Origin: an uncultured delta proteobacterium
Lineage (GTDB): Bacteria > Desulfobacterota > Binatia > UBA9968
DNA: 64,000 nucleotides
NCBI GenBank assembly: GCA_963755715.1
Contig: CAVWLW010000050.1
Coordinates: 137,207 to 201,206 of the forward strand
Reading direction: 5' to 3'
This document shows, one piece after another, positions 61,590 to 64,000 of the stretch (position 1 is the stretch's first letter; each line of letters opens with the position of its first letter). A model generated the notes under the pieces. The model was given only the letters and a program-made list of their open reading frames with translations, made no database searches and was not told the origin of the DNA. Both the position numbers and the translations under genes were made by a program.

Positions 61590-62624
61590 TCAAGTCAGGG
61601 GACTCTCGACCGATCTTTCGGAGAAGTCCAGCAAGACCTTTTGCTGTCCTGCCTCACCATCGGCTAGGCGTACTGCCTCTTGGAAGTCCTTAAATGAATA
61701 CCGCACAATCGCTGGCGGCGTAAGTGCTCCGTTCGACAACATGGTGAGGAGATCGCTCGTCGCTGCCCGCACTTCGGCGAGCGGCTGGGAACTCACCCAA
61801 CGCGGAAGCCACCACCCGCGAACCGTCGCTGTCGAATAAATCAAACGCGGAGCGAAGAGCGGCATGGTGAATTTCGCGGGGTCCGTCTGCCGATGACTGG
61901 AAAGGGCTCCATACACAAGCATGGTTCCAGCGGGAGCGAGGTTGCGGGCAATCTCAGCGCCAAGTTCCCCGGCAACGCAGTCAATCGCTCGTTCAACGCC
62001 CTTGCCCGCGGTCAATTCCTGCAGGCGTGCCCTGAGATCCTCGTCGGCTGTGCAGATTACCTCATTGCCTCCGAGGTTGCGTATGATTGTTTCCTGCTCG
62101 CGCCGCCGGATGACGTTGATTGTCTTGAATCGATACTGCTGCGCCAATTGAAGCACCAACTTCCCGACGCTGGATGCAGCCGCCGTCTGTAGGAGCCAGT
62201 CGCCCTCCTTGAGATTGTGACTTGATCTCGTCAATGCCCATGCAGTCAAAGGATTCGTGCAGGAAGTGGCGGCGGCCGGATCGTCCAGGCCGTCTGGAAC
62301 GGGCACGAGTCTGTCCACTGGGCACACGATCTGCTCGCGCCAGGTGTGCCACGTGTGAACGAAAACTACGCGAGTTCCAACAATCGGACCTTGCACGCCC
62401 GGACCTACAGCCTCCACAATCCCCACGCCTTCAGCGCCCGGGCTGGCTGGCAATTCCGGCTGATAGCCATAGCGCCCGCGCACCATGTGCAGATCCGATG
62501 GGTTGATCGGGCTCAGCAGCACTCGGACGAGCGCTTCGCCAGGGGCCAAAGGCGGAGTAGGGATCTCTGCCAGTTTCAATACGCTCTTCGGTTCACCGGT
62601 CTCGCGAAAGATCAATGCTTTCAT
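61590..62624 (-). CDS. MDR family NADPH oxidoreductase (enoyl-thioester reductase-like)
   Basis: INPSD, PGAEGVG, NPLTA, TAAASSVG. Confidence 0.9.
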   Translation of the reverse strand: MKALIFRETGEPKSVLKLAEIPTPPLAPGEALVRVLLSPINPSDLHMVRGRYGYQPELPASPGAEGVGIVEAVGPGVQGPIVGTRVVFVHTWHTWREQIVCPVDRLVPVPDGLDDPAAATSCTNPLTAWALTRSSHNLKEGDWLLQTAAASSVGKLVLQLAQQYRFKTINVIRRREQETIIRNLGGNEVICTADEDLRARLQELTAGKGVERAIDCVAGELGAEIARNLAPAGTMLVYGALSSHRQTDPAKFTMPLFAPRLIYSTATVRGWWLPRWVSSQPLAEVRAATSDLLTMLSNGALTPPAIVRYSFKDFQEAVRLADGEAGQQKVLLDFSERSVESPLT

Positions 62625-62641
62625 CAATACCTCCTGGGTCT

Positions 62642-62833
62642 TTAGGCGACGGCTGATTCCGGCCGGATGTTCTGTTGCGCGTACCAGATACCTCGGTTCA
62701 GTGTGAGCGTTACGGTGACCGGGTTGCGGCACGCAAGGTTCGTGACTGGCGAGTGCTGCACGCTGCGAGCGGAGACGCCGAAGAGTATCCCGGCGAGAAG
62801 GACCAATCCGAGCATCGGTATGTACGTAATCAT
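62642..62833 (-). CDS. Small hypothetical membrane protein
   Basis: gaggag RBS, hydrophobic N-terminus. Confidence 0.45.
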   Translation of the reverse strand: MITYIPMLGLVLLAGILFGVSARSVQHSPVTNLACRNPVTVTLTLNRGIWYAQQNIRPESAVA

Positions 62834-62986
62834 CGGTTGCTCCTCACGTGACGAGAAAAGGCTTCTTTCGCTGTTCTACCTCGAGGGCTTCTACGATGCC
62901 ACCCAGTTTGCCTCACTACCCTCACTGTAGCCTCATCATGCGATGATGACGCTGCCCACTTCGTTAACCGCTCGCGCCCGAGAGCC

Positions 62987-63072
62987 GCCGAACGTCCCGG
63001 TTCAGCGGCGGTGCGCTGATCTTCGTGCGTTGGCACTTATCCATCACCGTCCCCTGCAACCGGTTGTTAGAC
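62987..63072 (-). repeat. attC site
   Basis: gccgaac...gttagac. Confidence 0.9.
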
Positions 63073-63164
63073 GGCATTGATTGCGCATCGAGATGCGGAA
63101 CCTACCCTGTCAAAATGGACGGCTGCGGGAGATAGCTTCCCCCAAGCAGCATGCCCCAGGGTTT

Positions 63165-63962
63165 CTAACGCCTTAGCGTCGGCGTGGGCTCCTCCGGCAG
63201 GACTTGGAGCAGCACATCTGGTCGCACGGAGATCTCCCCCGTGAACGGCCGGTGATGGGACGCGATCAGCACCACTGAGACGGCCACCCCGGTCGCAAAC
63301 AGCCCCATCGCCACAGCAGCACTCGTTCGGTTGTCACTATGGACCATGGCGATCGCGATCAAGGTGCAGAGGGCCTGCAGGAGTAGACCGGTCCACTTGA
63401 CCCAGTTGACACCCGATTGGCTGACAATGATTCGCTGGCGGCGCGCATCAAGGGCGTTCTGCACCGCGGTGACGATCTCACGTTGTGCCGCCACCTGGCC
63501 ATCGCTGCGGGGCGTCAAGCCGAGGCTCACCCGCAGCGCCTCGGCCAGCGGGGCCGGGTTCATCGTGAGCGTGGCGCTTCCACCTGCCATCGCCGGCCAT
63601 TCCTGCGACACAACATCCTCAATCTGGCGGTGGACCAACGCGCGCAGCTCCGTCTCCGGCTCTCCAGGGAAGCTCCGGGCCAGGAGGACGACGGCGCGCA
63701 ACGCACTCGCCTCACGGTTCACCGCGGCGTGGGCCCGATCAAGATCACCCCAAACCTGCGCGGCCATAAATGCCACGAGCAGACCGAAGATGATCCCGAG
63801 CGGGGGCAACATGCCAGGCGAGATCGCCGTGAACGCACGTGCCCGCTCGCCGACCGCGAGGGCCATGACGAGCCAATAAATTCCCCCGGCGATCAGGTAG
63901 ATCACGGCGAATACTACGAGGCTCATCCATGCGGTCCGGAGGTGCTGAAACCAATGGATCAT
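63165..63962 (-). CDS. DUF4239 / bestrophin-like membrane protein
   Basis: LGIIFGLLVAF..VW..REASAL..EWPAM..PFTGEISV. Confidence 0.85.
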   Translation of the reverse strand: MIHWFQHLRTAWMSLVVFAVIYLIAGGIYWLVMALAVGERARAFTAISPGMLPPLGIIFGLLVAFMAAQVWGDLDRAHAAVNREASALRAVVLLARSFPGEPETELRALVHRQIEDVVSQEWPAMAGGSATLTMNPAPLAEALRVSLGLTPRSDGQVAAQREIVTAVQNALDARRQRIIVSQSGVNWVKWTGLLLQALCTLIAIAMVHSDNRTSAAVAMGLFATGVAVSVVLIASHHRPFTGEISVRPDVLLQVLPEEPTPTLRR

Positions 63963-64000
63963 ATGCTCCTCTACCTCGGGGATCTCCCAGAGTTTGTCCG

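Larger units (their letters stand above)
43101..64000 (-). mobile_element. Integron gene-cassette array (continues past window end; no intI seen)
   Basis: 23 attC hairpins (RYYYAAC...GTTRRRY) plus 1 degenerate, separating co-oriented short genes. Confidence 0.93.

Noticed and set aside
43101-64000. CRISPR array interpretation of the recurring palindromes
   Set aside because: Repeats are non-identical, 48-112 bp long, separated by whole genes; no cas genes
43101-64000. Integron integrase or attI in the window
   Set aside because: No ORF with tyrosine-recombinase R-H-R-Y motifs; orientation predicts it beyond 64000

Overview
GC-rich bacterial DNA in three parts. The abundance of NMT1/TctC-type binding proteins resembles Candidatus Binatia / deltaproteobacterial genomes, but that is inference only. 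(1) 1-35.9 kb is core and accessory metabolism: YgfZ tail, Rieske ferredoxin, NUDIX, HAD, thiI, MocA-like protein, an ABC transporter with three tandem binding proteins, SDRs, hydrolases, an amidase, and a cluster of a heme-oxygenase-like diiron enzyme, 3-hydroxyanthranilate dioxygenase, VOC protein and racemase. It also holds a divergent pair of homologous 72-aa unknown proteins. (2) 35.9-43.1 kb is a decayed gene-fragment zone (including a Ku remnant) at the 3' end of tRNA-Arg(ACG), followed by dnaE2 with no adjacent imuA/imuB. (3) 43.1 kb to the window end is a >=20.8 kb minus-strand integron gene-cassette array with 23 recognisable attC sites plus one degenerate terminal site. It carries TA modules, five VOC proteins, transporters, hydrolases and unknowns. 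No integrase or attI is in the window; by orientation they would lie beyond 64000. About 14 conserved genes have single-base frameshifts, nearly all +1, which probably reflects sequencing error.
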